A DNA stretch of 63,390 nucleotides, filler included, from Globobulimina sp. (taxonomy: Eukaryota): assembly GCA_003354225.1 (NCBI GenBank). It is 40 parts of 40 records of this genome, joined end to end, with 100 filler letters (N's around TTAATTAATTAA, not from the genome) between each part and the next. Parts side by side here need not be neighbours in the genome. Positions count along the whole stretch, not along the records: positions 1 to 1,488 come from PIVH01015878.1; positions 1,589 to 3,076 come from PIVH01015879.1; positions 3,177 to 4,664 come from PIVH01015880.1; positions 4,765 to 6,252 come from PIVH01015881.1; positions 6,353 to 7,840 come from PIVH01015882.1; positions 7,941 to 9,428 come from PIVH01015883.1; positions 9,529 to 11,016 come from PIVH01015884.1; positions 11,117 to 12,604 come from PIVH01015885.1; 32 more parts are not named here. One strand, written 5' to 3'. The first letter of the stretch is position 1. Each line of letters opens with the position of its first letter. Positions 1 through 12,035 of the stretch are shown in pieces. The notes below the pieces were generated by a model that was given only the letters and a program-made list of their open reading frames with translations, was not told where the DNA came from and searched no databases. A program made the translations under genes and the position numbers.

Positions 1-230
1 AAAATCAATGAAAATGAGAAAAATCAAAGAAAAATGAGAAAAATCGAAGAAAAATGAGAAAAATCTATGAAAATGAGAAAAATCCATGAAAAATGAGAAA
101 ATCGATGAAAATGAGAAAAATCGATGAAAAATGAGAATAATCTATGGAAATGAGAAAAATCTATGAAAAATGAGAAAATGGATGAAAAGTGAGAAAAATC
201 TATGAAAATGAGAAAAATGAGAAAAAAAAT
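1..230. repeat. Tandem minisatellite, ~20-bp unit AAAATGAGAAAAATC(T/G)ATG
   Basis: About 11 imperfect copies are read directly. Confidence 0.9.
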
Positions 231-571
231 GTTGTTTATTTATTCGAGATAAATATTCTGACTTCGTACTTTCTGTTTGAAAATCATAATTCATGGTATT
301 GAGAAACTCTTTCTAAACCCAACATGAACTTCGCATTCTTGTTCCTCTTAGGGATAATTGATATTGATAATTCGCTGAATAATGATAACTGATAATTAAT
401 AATTGATATTGATATTGATAATTCGACATAATTCGCCATGATTAATGTCTCCATCGTTAATGTTTTTACAATAATGAGGTATACGCAAAAAAGTATAAAA
501 AAAAGAAGAACAAATATTTTATTTCTCAATTTTATCCATTGTATGATTCTGCAAACGACCTATAATGTCTG

Positions 572-762
572 TTTTTTATTGCAAAATCGCCTGTTGTTTT
601 TGAGATTGCTTTTAAACTAAGATAGCATATGCTTATGTTGCATAGATGTTTCGTATGTAAACCGCTATCGTAGTTTAAAAATATAATCTCTGCTAGAAGT
701 GACTGTAAAGGTGACATGCTTTCGAATGTTTAACCTCCGAACTTAATTGGCACTAGTCAATT
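572..762 (-). repeat. Dispersed repeat family D, copy 1 (possible retroposon 3' end)
   Basis: ~190 bp nearly identical to 15591-15780; on the minus strand it ends in GCAATAAAAAA. Confidence 0.85.
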
Positions 763-1488
763 GTCGCTGAATTTCTTTCATAATCATTGTCGTACTTTAA
801 AACTTTGCGTCTGCAATCTCTGCATACAAACGGGTGAATAAATGCGTTTCTATCCGCCGAGGGGAAAAATTTGATACACATTAGGGGTCTCCGATATGTA
901 CTGAATTTTCAAAAACTCTGTCAAACACTACCTTACTTTCAACTTTTTGCCAAAGGTCGTAAACCCCTTTGCAAGCATGGCTAAACGAGCAGCAAATGAT
1001 CCTGAAACAGCATGGATCACGACACGAAGCGATGAAGAAGGAAGAGAATTTGAACAAGGATGTTGCGATGAAAAGCATCATATATTGGATTCGAACTGGA
1101 TCCAGTGTACTGAAGGTATTTTTGTTCATTTATTTATCTGACAAACATCATAAACGTTTTTATATTGCAAATATTACACAGAAAAATGTGAGATATGGTT
1201 TGAAGCAGTTTGTACGTCGCGTTTATTGGGTTTAGACGACCAAGAAATGTCTATCCTAATGACCGCAGATTGCGACATATTTAAATGTTATCGGCATGGA
1301 TGGAATGATATGAATATTACAGAAATTCGCGAGGCTGCATCGGCCGAAGAACGCCATCGTCGACGCCAAAGGCGACACATTTGGATGTTGGGGATGATAC
1401 ATATTCGCATCCCGCACTACAAACATATCGATTAAGTATCAATTCGACATCGTATTTATTGGAATTATCAAAATGTTCCACCAAAGTC

Positions 1489-1588
1489 NNNNNNNNNNNN
1501 NNNNNNNNNNNNNNNNNNNNNNNNNNNNNNNNTTAATTAATTAANNNNNNNNNNNNNNNNNNNNNNNNNNNNNNNNNNNNNNNNNNNN
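1489..1588. other. Artificial contig linker N44-TTAATTAATTAA-N44 (first of ~39, recurring every ~1.59 kb)
   Basis: The same 100-nt spacer, with stops in all six frames, recurs at near-constant spacing; contigs are ~1486-1489 bp, consistent with a size-sorted concatenation. Confidence 0.98.
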
Positions 1589-1942
1589 ATTATTATCGTT
1601 TCTTAATATTTTGCTTTCATTTGCAGCGCCAGGTTGCTCCCACTTGTTATTTGCATTAAACTGTGCTGATTTTTGTATCGGTACTTGTTTCCTTTCGTTT
1701 ATTCCTTTTTTCTTTTTTCGTTTTCTCATACACCAGATAGTAATAACCAAACACAATATAATTATCATGCAAACGGGTATAAAAATGATTGCAAATAATA
1801 TCCCAAATGAGCCAGAAACGTTTGCTTGGTTGATTTCGTTATCATCGACAGGTGTTGGTGATTTAGTAGGATATGAAGTTGAGACACCAGATAAATCCGA
1901 AAATATTACCATTAATATGTAGCTCAGCGTTGCCATTAACAT
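1589..1942 (-). CDS. Single-pass membrane protein (signal peptide, PT-rich ectodomain, TM, basic tail), 3' truncated; paralog of 2428-3042
   Basis: MATLSYILMVIFS...PTKSPTP...FGILFAIIFIPVCMIIILC...RKRKK aligns closely with the neighbouring ORF. Confidence 0.7.
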
Positions 1943-2199
1943 TTTCACATTTATCTTCCAAATTTTCATTTTTTCACAAGTTGTCAAACGTTTCAAATTT
2001 GTTTGTTTTGGGTAAAATAATATGCTCTGTAGCTGTAGCAGTTTAATTAACGTTTATATTGCTAAGCTTTTGTTATTTGAAATTATGTACAGTTATTTAT
2101 TAACTACAATAAATGGAAGAATACAAATCGAGGAACACACACAATACAACAACAAGAGTCAATGTGGTGAACATTTTGTGCACATTTATGGAGATTTGC

Positions 2200-2385
2200 A
2201 GAGATTTGAAAGATTTAAAAAGATTTGAAAAAGATTTAAAAAGATTTTTAAAGGGAGGAGTGAACCAAATAAAAAGATTTGAAAAGATTTAAAAAGATTT
2301 GAAAGTTGGAAAAGATTAGAAAAGATTTAAAAAGATTCTTAAAGGGAGGAATGAACCAAATAAAAAGAATTGAAAAGATTTAATG
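2200..2385. repeat. AAAAGATTT(G/A) short tandem array with a duplicated AAAGGGAGGA.TGAACCAAATAAAAAGA block
   Basis: Read directly; lies between the two paralogous genes. Confidence 0.8.
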
Positions 2386-2427
2386 ACATTTTGACAAATG
2401 TGCACAAAATGTCACGAATCTATCAGA

Positions 2428-3042
2428 TTAAACTGGATCGAAACTAAATCCTTCCAATACATTATTGTCTCCTTCATTTTGCCATTCGTTATCTCCTTCA
2501 TTTTGCCCTTCAGAATAAATATCGCTCGGTACATCTGACTCTGCAGCGATTTTGTACAGGTATAGGTGCATTTGATTGTTGTTATCATAGTTTTTTAATA
2601 CTTTGTTTTCATTTCCTGCGCCAGGTTGCTTCTTGTTATTTGCATTAAACTGTGCTGCTTTTTGTATTGATACCTTTTTCCTTTTATTTCCTGTTTTTTT
2701 CTTTGCTTTTTTCTTTGCTTTTTGTATTGATACTTTTTTCCATTTATTTCCTATTTTTTTCTTTATTGATACTTGTTTCCTTTCGTTTCTTGCTTTTTTC
2801 TTTGCTTTTCGTTTTCTCATACAACAGATAATAATACCAGTACACAATATAATTATCATGCAAACCGGTACAAAAATGATTGCAAATAATATCCCAAATG
2901 ATTCCGTTATCATAACATTTGCTTGGTCAGAGTTGATTTTGTTGCCATCAGCAGGTGTTGGTGATTTAGTAGGATACGTATTTGATACACCAGATAAACC
3001 CGAATATATAATTACCATTAATATGTAGTTCAGGGTTGCCAT
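2428..3042 (-). CDS. Single-pass membrane protein with a Lys-rich repeated cytoplasmic tail
   Basis: 204-aa ORF: signal peptide, PTKSPTP, hydrophobic TM, three KKVSIQK-like repeats, acidic C-terminus. Confidence 0.75.
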   Translation of the reverse strand: MATLNYILMVIIYSGLSGVSNTYPTKSPTPADGNKINSDQANVMITESFGILFAIIFVPVCMIIILCTGIIICCMRKRKAKKKARNERKQVSIKKKIGNKWKKVSIQKAKKKAKKKTGNKRKKVSIQKAAQFNANNKKQPGAGNENKVLKNYDNNNQMHLYLYKIAAESDVPSDIYSEGQNEGDNEWQNEGDNNVLEGFSFDPV

Positions 3043-3176
3043 TTTCCGATACGTGCTGTTTTTTTTGGCTATCGAANNNNNNNNNNNNNNNNNNNNNNNN
3101 NNNNNNNNNNNNNNNNNNNNTTAATTAATTAANNNNNNNNNNNNNNNNNNNNNNNNNNNNNNNNNNNNNNNNNNNN

Positions 3177-4146
3177 AGCGTTTCATTGAACCTTAAATCT
3201 CTATTTATTTCCAATTGAAAAAAGTCAATGATTCCGCCATATCGTGATCCATGAATATTGATTGCAAAGGGACCTCCCGCATAATATCCATCACTCAAAT
3301 ATGGTTTTAATGCGCTTGGAACAGTCAAATATCCTCTCCGTAATCCATAAGAATCCCAGGTCGAATTCAAAATGGTACCCAAAGATTTTTCACCTCTGAT
3401 AATATCGGCCATGGAATAAGAATTTGGACAAACATAATTATCGGAGCTACAATTTGTAACTGTTTTTATTACGTTTTTCATTGAGGTTCTATACAAATAA
3501 TTGCCTAAATCGTCATCTGTCTGTTGTAAATTGTCTGTGTTTAAAGCGTATCCAAGATTGATGTATTCATTTTTGCGTTGACCGTGTATAATTGTATATC
3601 GATGACAAGCCCCCAATTACATTGTTGTTGGATAATGTTGGATTGTTTTGCCATTTCCATCCATTCATAATGTATTTCATCAAATGTTTGTTGCGCGTAG
3701 CTGTTATGTTGCGCAGCTTCTCCAATTTCGCGATTTGGATCTAACTTACTTCTATGCAGTTCATTGATGACTAGATGTGGTTTGCAATATATTGGTTGGT
3801 TGGCATTTGTTGACAATGGAATTGTTTCCAGAGTCTCTTGCAAACAGACTGCAATATCTCTGGTATAGCTATCTTTGATCGTGGTCGCATCACAAAATGT
3901 AGCGTTTCTCGGCCATGATTCGTTGCATGAATGAGACCATAAACATGTGGTACCATTCCAACATCCATCCATTCGATCAGGGATCAAAGTATCGGGCCGT
4001 AAATCACCACCATGCTGAGATAGAATAATAATGGGCGAATCACCGACAATATAGGTTGAAAAGTTATTGACTCCGTAATGTATTAAGCTGGATACATTAC
4101 TCTCGAAACAAATCAAACATATAAGCAGAAAACTGCACAGGTCCAT
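3177..4146 (-). pseudogene. Secreted N-formylglutamate amidohydrolase-like (Zn hydrolase) gene, frameshifted by an 8-bp insertion
   Basis: Motifs PIIILSQHGG, PHLVINELHRSKLDPNRE, VID-I/HG and FFQLE; two overlapping ORFs join in frame if 8 nt near 3587-3594 are removed. Confidence 0.7.
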
Positions 4147-4304
4147 TGTCCAAACAAAAGATTGTTAGGAGAGTTTTCACTGACTTTGTTACACTGGTTT
4201 GTCGTGCCACAGAGCAATTAATACAAAATTGCAAGAAAACTGTGTGCGCGTTGTTCATTTGCATGGTGCGCGTTGTTCTTTCGACGGGGGAGACGAATTT
4301 GGAT

Positions 4305-4457
4305 GGTTTGTGTTATCTATTTTTTCGTGTGCGGGGATGATTAGTTTTTGTGTGTGTAATATTTTAAGCATGAAAAAAGTGACCCACACACCAGAAACAA
4401 GTGACCCGCGCACAAAAAACAATTACCCCGCACACGAAATAAGTATAACTCACACCA
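4305..4457. repeat. Imperfect ~50-bp inverted repeat (MITE-like hairpin)
   Basis: TTTCGTGTGCGGGG (4323-4336) pairs with CCCCGCACACGAAA (4426-4439), and the flanks extend the pairing imperfectly. Confidence 0.6.
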
Positions 4458-5079
4458 ACTAATTAACACACACATTGTTCAAAATAAAAACAAAACAAAT
4501 AGGTATATATGTAATGTTAATTCGTTTTGGTTTGCGGTTATCAATAAATGTCGAAAATGCGCTACATGTACAAAAAGTATACATACTTTACATGAGAAAA
4601 AATGTTAATTTCATGTCAAAAATGTGTCAGAAAGGAGCAAAAATATAATTTAATTAAAAATAATNNNNNNNNNNNNNNNNNNNNNNNNNNNNNNNNNNNN
4701 NNNNNNNNTTAATTAATTAANNNNNNNNNNNNNNNNNNNNNNNNNNNNNNNNNNNNNNNNNNNNCAAGAATGACCAAAGACTCACTGTTAAATAATGGTA
4801 TATTGCGACTTGTCTCTGTTATTCAGGTTACTCGATGCAATGTTTAAGGCTTGATCATGATCATAAATTTCCTTTTGCTTTTTTAACCACATCTTACTTT
4901 AATAAACACCCAATGACAACTGAAATAATTGCAAATATCCCGATAAATACTGCCGGCATAACATATTTAATGCTCTGTGTGTTTGTATTGCAGTTTTGAT
5001 AGATAAAAAAATGAAAATACTTTTCGAACTGACTTGAGCAATAATCAATGTTTAGGTGAAGTGAATAATCATTTATGTC

Positions 5080-6207
5080 TTATGTTTCAGCATTAAACTT
5101 ACCATTTTTAATAGATTTATGCAATAATTGAGTATTAAAATATATATGATTGCCACCACAAACAACGATACAAATATTTTTAAATTGTTTAAAATATTCT
5201 TTATTTTTATATAATGCAGCAATAGACACCGCACATAGAGGTTCAATTAAAATATGTTGTTTTAAAGCAAATAAAGTTGCAATATTTAATACATCCAAAT
5301 CATTGACAATAATCGATTTAATTTCATTGAATTTGCTATATTTATATGCCATATCCATAGCTTTTTTAGCAATTGCTCGAAATCCTAAATTAATACCTTC
5401 GCTCGATATGGTTTTAGTGGGTATTGCTTTGTATGCATTTTTGACACCATTTTCAAATAATTGCCCATTCTCAGATTGTGCAGCAATAATCTTACACTTT
5501 CTACTCCATCCAACTTGCAATAAACCGCATAAAATGCCGGTAATTAAACCGCCGCCGCCAACACTTACAATGATACAATCGCAATCAGACAATTCTTTGG
5601 CTAACTCGCCAATGATACTGCTATGTCCATTAAATATCGCATCATCATCAAACATTGGCACATAACAGTGATTATATTCACTTTTTGCACATAATTCCAA
5701 TGCATATTCATCCGCTTCATTCCATGTTTTACCATAAAATTGTATTTCTGCGCCATACTCATTCTTCATAATCGATAACAACTCATTTTCTTTTTGCGTT
5801 TCGTCCAAAATTACAATACATTTGCAATTTAATTTAGACGCCGTATAACATGCAGCCATTCCAGCATTTGCTGACGAGGTTGTTATGAAGGCATCGATAT
5901 TAATTTTGTTTTTCTTGCTTAACTTAAACTTTCCTTTCATAAAAGCAGATATTCCGCGGATTTTAAAACTACCGCTTGGTTGTAATGCATCCAATTTTAA
6001 ATGTACGACAGTTCCATTTCCAATATGATTTGATAACCATTCTGATTTTATTAATGGAGATTCCATCCATAAATCATCTCCACGTTCCCTTCGATCACAA
6101 CTACCATTGTACGACAACCAAAGACAAACAAGTATGCCCACTGCACCTAGCAATACAGTTAATAACCAACTGTTTGATTTTATTAAGTTAATAAACTCAA
6201 TTATCAT
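5080..6207 (-). CDS. L-serine/threonine dehydratase (PLP fold type II) with an N-terminal hydrophobic segment
   Basis: LKLDALQPSGSFKIRG (PLP lysine), SSANAG, VSVGGGGL, IEPLCAVS, VVCGGN. Confidence 0.9.
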   Translation of the reverse strand: MIIEFINLIKSNSWLLTVLLGAVGILVCLWLSYNGSCDRRERGDDLWMESPLIKSEWLSNHIGNGTVVHLKLDALQPSGSFKIRGISAFMKGKFKLSKKNKINIDAFITTSSANAGMAACYTASKLNCKCIVILDETQKENELLSIMKNEYGAEIQFYGKTWNEADEYALELCAKSEYNHCYVPMFDDDAIFNGHSSIIGELAKELSDCDCIIVSVGGGGLITGILCGLLQVGWSRKCKIIAAQSENGQLFENGVKNAYKAIPTKTISSEGINLGFRAIAKKAMDMAYKYSKFNEIKSIIVNDLDVLNIATLFALKQHILIEPLCAVSIAALYKNKEYFKQFKNICIVVCGGNHIYFNTQLLHKSIKNGKFNAET

Positions 6208-6470
6208 TTTAGGATTTTCTTGAAGTAACTAATTATACAAACATGTAATAGGNNNNNNNNNNNNNNNNNNNNNNNNNNNNNNNNNNNNNNNNNNNNTTAA
6301 TTAATTAANNNNNNNNNNNNNNNNNNNNNNNNNNNNNNNNNNNNNNNNNNNNGTATCCCGTTAGTTAAATGGATATGAATCAACATTTCAGTCATTCAGA
6401 TTGATTCATATCCATTCGACGGCATTTTTATTTTGTTTTTTCTCAATAAATATGATGTTAAATTTGTAAG

Positions 6471-7710
6471 GTGCCACCGGAGATAATCCGAGCTCGAACA
6501 GGCAATGAATTGAAGAAATCGGATTTATGGTCAATTGGTGTGATTACATATTTATTGGTCTGTGGGAGTCCGCCATTTAAAGGTTCCTCACAAAAAGAAA
6601 TATTATCAAATATCATAAACAAAAAAGAAAAGAAATTATTGTATCCCAAAGGCCTTCGTTTGTCCAAATATTGCAGGAACTTTATAGAATCATTGCTGTG
6701 TAAAAATATAGCTCAACGATTGAGCGCCGCGGACGCTTTGAAACATCCATGGATTAGCGGTGGCTGTGCGTCACCCGATAATTTGGCAGTGGATGTTCTG
6801 AAAGCTCTGAAACGATATAATTACAACAATAAACTGCAGGATATTTTAGTTAACGCAATTTTAAGGTACCATATATATAATTGGCTGTTTCATATTGTTC
6901 TATATTTTAATTTCAATGAACAGTGAGATGGACGTATCTGACCAACAGATGTTGTCGACGGGCTTATTGGATATGAACCGAAATGTTAGTAATATGGACA
7001 ATGACTCTGTGGTTAACTATTTATTGTTACATTCATCCATACAAACCATGCCCGTTCGTGATAAACGCTGGCAAAAGAAAAGAATATCTGAAGTCAAACT
7101 GTTTCAGTACCAATCCCATAAAAAACTGCAATTGGCAGCAACGCCGGAGGAAGAGGGAGATTCTGGGACTTTGCCGGTCTATGTTCCCTCGAAAGTGTTT
7201 CCAATGTCGATTGGTGGACTGAGAAGGCCAAAATTGACTGATCAGGACAGCTTGAATGTGGATATGATTCTGAATGATTTGGATGTGGATGGTATTTTGG
7301 ATGCAGTGGATCAGAAAGAAAAAGAGTTACAGAGTTCGTATGCTATTAAAATAAATGATCTGGTTGCCATTGATAAAATATTTTGTTTTAGTGATGAGGC
7401 AGAGACAGAGTCTGATGTTGAGACTGATGATGATTGGATGGGTTCAGCTGCATCTACAGAAGAGGTGGAATCCAGCAAAATATCGATTGAAAGGTTTCGA
7501 GCCATTATGAAGAAAGCGGACAAACAATATGATATTGAAAATATTGTACATGATTTAGATGATGGAACAGGATATATACCGTTGAATAAAATTGCATCAT
7601 ATACTAAAAAAATACAAACTATGCCCAATTTGTTTGAAAAGGAGAAGCAAGGCAATCAACTGGAGGTTTTACCAAATGCATGCGCAATTGAGAAAAGTAG
7701 CACATTATAA
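6471..7710 (+). CDS. CAMK/CDPK-like Ser/Thr kinase, C-lobe plus long C-terminal region (5' missing, intron near 6866-6923)
   Basis: PPEII, SDLWSIGVITYLLVCGSPPF, RLSAADALKHPWI. Confidence 0.8.
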
Positions 7711-8125
7711 AATATTTTTAGAAGATCATTTTCTAGAGTGATTGTGAATGAAATATTTTTAGAGTTTTTTTTTGGTTCATATATCCCGCCTCCCAGTCGG
7801 GTTATATTTTTTTTATCAAACCCCCTATATTTTTTTTTTTNNNNNNNNNNNNNNNNNNNNNNNNNNNNNNNNNNNNNNNNNNNNTTAATTAATTAANNNN
7901 NNNNNNNNNNNNNNNNNNNNNNNNNNNNNNNNNNNNNNNNGCAAAATAGGCCGCATCCCCGGACACATTCAGAATCAGTCGATATCTTCTTCGACGCCAC
8001 AAATTAATCCCTCTCCAACATCAAACCCATCAAAAACAACACAGAAACATACCATAAACACCACAGACATCAATACATATTACGTCGGATCCTCACATCA
8101 CATTTTCGATCATGGCCGGTCACCG

Positions 8126-9428
8126 ATGATAAGGAATGATGGTTCAGAGAGTCCAGAACCAGCACCAAACCCAACGCCCGCACCTATACTCACTGCCAAA
8201 CCCATTCTCAATGTGCACGATGACGATGAAATAAATAATAATGAAACAAGCGCCATCATCCCTGCCTTAACTCACGTATTACGCGACCATCCATGCTTTA
8301 ATATAAACGATCCAGTTTATGCAAGAAACTTCCGTCAAATGTGCGCCACGGAGAGCATAAACACAGCCTACATCGACGTACCTGTTAATAGGATCAATTT
8401 CGATGTTATATCCCCGTTTAATGCTACAATCAATGCGGTCGCCGATGGTGGCTCAAATCTGCAATGCATAAATCTGAAAACAGCCCTAAAATATAAAAAA
8501 TACCTATTGAGGGACCGACGGCACACAAAAGTACGTACCGGCAATGGCTATGCCACCGTACACGAATACTTACCGATAAAAATCAAACATAATAATCGCA
8601 TCATCACCAATAAATTCTATGTTTTGCACCAACTGCCCGATAATATAAATTTCCTGATTGGCAGATCGCTGTTACATGTCCTAAATTATAAATTGATCCA
8701 AATGAGTGATACTTTTGAGCATGAATTTGAGCCCGAATTTTACGACGATGGCTTCGATGACATGCCCTGCGAACTATATCCATTAGACACAGACGCCGAA
8801 AACATAAATTTCGACATACAAATACATGATGAGGCTGCGCGGAAACCGATACTCGATATTCTTCATTCATACGCGGATAATATATCGCAGGGAGGCAGCG
8901 GTGCCGATATTGGTAAGATCCCTGGCGAAAAATTCAAAATTCGATTGCGCGACGACATCGATGTGGATCCTGTCGTAAATCCCACATATTATATAAATAA
9001 AAGATACTATGAAGGGTTAAAAAAACAAATACAAAACTTGTTCGATGATAAACGCATTGAATATAGCGACAGTGAATGGCGTTCGAGCTTGTTTCCACGC
9101 CCTAAGAAGACTGGCGATGTACGCATCGTTTTTGACTTTCGCCGCTTAAATCACCTCACAAAATCTGACCAATTTCCCATCCCAAATATACAAAAATTGC
9201 TGCAGAAATTCTGGGATAAGGAGTACGTGACATCGCTGGACATGAAGGCGGGATATTGGCATATTCCATTGGACGATGATACGAAGCCACTCACAGCGTT
9301 CGAGTTTGATGGCCGTTTATATCAATGGACTGTGATGCCGATGGGCCTCAAAAATGCGCCCGCAATGTTCCAACGCGTAATGACGAAAATATTTGCGGAT
9401 CTGCCATTTGTCACTCTCTACATCGACG
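8126..9428 (+). mobile_element. Ty3/Gypsy-type LTR retrotransposon pol fragment (aspartic protease + RT), truncated at contig end
   Basis: Protease AVADGGS and FLIGRSLL; RT motifs RIVFDFRRLN, FPIP, SLDMKAGYWHI, TAF, VMPMGLKNAPAMFQR, LYID. Confidence 0.93.
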
Positions 9429-9528
9429 NNNNNNNNNNNNNNNNNNNNNNNNNNNNNNNNNNNNNNNNNNNNTTAATTAATTAANNNNNNNNNNNNNNNN
9501 NNNNNNNNNNNNNNNNNNNNNNNNNNNN

Positions 9529-11016
9529 TAAAACAAGTTAAAAAATATGCATCCGGCGACAGAATAACATTGGGTTTGTCCACGTTGCGGGATATAATAT
9601 TATACCGTCCAAAGCATAGCTTGTTTTGCTTAGAAACCTTACTTTTTTATACCACCGATGACGACTATGGCGGGGAAGTGAGTGGTCCCGCAATCCGTTG
9701 TATTGTCAACAAATTGTATACAAAACCAAAATTCAAATCGAAAATCGAACAGTTTGCCTGTGATCATTTCGAAGAATTGCAACGTACGCCGCAATATTTC
9801 GATCCCCGTATACCCAAAGCACCGGATCAGAATTGCAAAGATAAAGAGTTGCATTTATTATATAAAGAAAACAAACAGAAATGGTTTCGCTCCGAATTGC
9901 AAGAATTAAAAAAATATTTAGTCAATCACAGCCAATTATTTTTTGCATTGTGTACGGTCAAACCATTGTTATTAATCACCAAATTCATGCACATTTATAG
10001 CAAATGCAGACGTAATGTACAGTTGGCAATTAATGAGCAGTCGTCTGTCATTTCCTTGATTAAGCAGCAAGAACTGCACATTATTAATAATATAAATATA
10101 TCCTCTTTTCATTATTTATTCATCGAACAAGTAGCGAGAATATTGACCAATAGCGGCGAGAAGAAGCCGTCGACCAATTTATTCAATGCATTGGTTATCT
10201 CATATTTCGGCCTTCAATCCGACAATGAAAATGCAAACGGACACAATGGCCATGGCCAAGTTCGCGTTTTCCTGCCGATCTTAAAATATTTGGATAATAA
10301 TATGATATATAAGTTATTGCCTGCATTGTTAGGACAGTTAAACAGTTTGGAATGCAAAGAGGCCATCGGCACCATACTACGTAATGCCGCAGCCAATGGT
10401 ATCAATGCATCGTCGCTCTTGGTCGAGATCCAATCCTTTGCTCCCAGTGAGACCTCGCCCCATATCGAGAAAATCATCTCTTTGACCAATTATTGTTTGG
10501 GGCAAGGCGCCTATGACAAAGTGGCGTTGTCTGCGGTGTTGCAGCAGTTAGTAATCAAGCATCCGATCCCTGTGTTGTTTATGCGGACATTGATCCAAAC
10601 TTTGTTAGTTTATCCAGACTTAACTAAGTATGCAATGGGCATTTTAGAATCGTTAATCTTTCGCAACGAGATCTGGAAAAATAAGCATTTATGGGACGGC
10701 TTTATTCGATGCTGCGCCATGACCCAACCGGAGTCGTATGCGGTATTATGCAAATTAGGGAAACCTGAACTAAAATCTGTGTTGAAAATAAAGCCGGATT
10801 TACGGAAACCATTATTGGAATATGCTATGGAGGCGAATAAAAATAACCATTTACGACCGTATGTGTTACAAGTTTTGAAACAGGAAAAAGAAAAAGAAAA
10901 ACAAGAAAAGAAAATTATTGTTAAGAAAGAAGCAATAAAAAAAGAAAAAAAAGCAGAGAATATATCTCCTTATCGAGTCCAATTTTTCTTGAATAAATTT
11001 CTTCTCGAAACGTATA
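9529..11016 (+). CDS. Symplekin (mRNA 3'-end processing scaffold), C-terminal part
   Basis: GLSTLRDIILYRP, PVLFMRTLIQTL, EIWKNKHLWDGFIRCCAMTQPES match the Symplekin_C pattern. Confidence 0.8.
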
Positions 11017-11319
11017 NNNNNNNNNNNNNNNNNNNNNNNNNNNNNNNNNNNNNNNNNNNNTTAATTAATTAANNNNNNNNNNNNNNNNNNNNNNNNNNNN
11101 NNNNNNNNNNNNNNNNGACGATGCCATAAAGTACCAATACACAAACATAGAATAGGACGAGACAATGCGCAATACCTAGCCTAAAATAATCCGATGTGCA
11201 TGTATAATCTCTTATTTATGTGTTGCCCTATTTTCATTGATAAATTTTATTTAGTGTACATACTGACAACATAGTAACGTTTTATTAATCAACAACATAT
11301 ATTATACGAACTAGAGTAC

Positions 11320-11745
11320 CTAATTAATTGGATTTTCACCACGAATTCTACGTGCCAATGCCATATCTTTTGCCATGATAGTGACACGTCCGCTGTGAAT
11401 CGCACAGATATTTGTATCATCGAACAATCCAACCAAATAGCTTTCAGATGCTTCTTGCAAAGCAGCCAATGCTGCAGACTGAAAACACTTTCCAGGACAT
11501 ATATTTTGGGCAATTTCTCGGACCAGGCGTTGAAATGGTAATTTTTTGATGAGAAATTCAGTAGATTTTTGGTAGCGCCTGATTTCCTTGAGTGCAAGAG
11601 TACCGAGTCTGTAACGCGATGGTTTTCTAACCCCTGCTATCTTCTTGACACCAGCTATTGGTTTCTTGACAATTTCCTTTCGGGGTGTCTTGGCACTTTG
11701 ATGTTGAGCCATTTTAGATCGGACAATTTGTTTAGTTCTGGCCAT
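11320..11745 (-). CDS. Divergent histone H3 variant
   Basis: MARTKQ start; [55 protein letters not shown]. Confidence 0.95.
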   Translation of the reverse strand: MARTKQIVRSKMAQHQSAKTPRKEIVKKPIAGVKKIAGVRKPSRYRLGTLALKEIRRYQKSTEFLIKKLPFQRLVREIAQNICPGKCFQSAALAALQEASESYLVGLFDDTNICAIHSGRVTIMAKDMALARRIRGENPIN

Positions 11746-12035
11746 AACTTTTGAAATAATAATAATAATAACAGTATATACAAGCGCAATGCAAACAACT
11801 ACAAAACTATATGTGTAATGAATGGCCTAAATTTGTATCCATGCATGACCACTAGTGGAATGGCTTTATAACATACACTGTATAGTTAGATGCCTCCGAT
11901 AAAATTTGGGAACACATGTCATGTTTGTTATTATTGCATTGAACAATAAAATGTATATATGTATGGAGAAAAACTAGATTAAACCATATCATATTCATAT
12001 ATTTATTTGAACAGCTGTGTATGCTACATGTGTAC

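Noticed and set aside
1-230. Array as CRISPR or telomere
   Set aside because: Contiguous degenerate units with no unique spacers, no cas genes and no G-rich telomeric unit.
1489-1588. Regularly spaced TTAATTAATTAA as a biological repeat, CRISPR array or chromosome-breakage signal
   Set aside because: Always embedded in exactly 44+44 Ns; it is an artificial six-frame-stop linker.
2603-3028. Phe-rich antisense ORFs (also 5150-5665, 24260-24541, 45038-45484)
   Set aside because: They are shadows of the real genes on the opposite strand.
11320-11745. H3 as centromeric CenH3
   Set aside because: Q68, F84 and T107 equivalents are retained and loop 1 is not extended.
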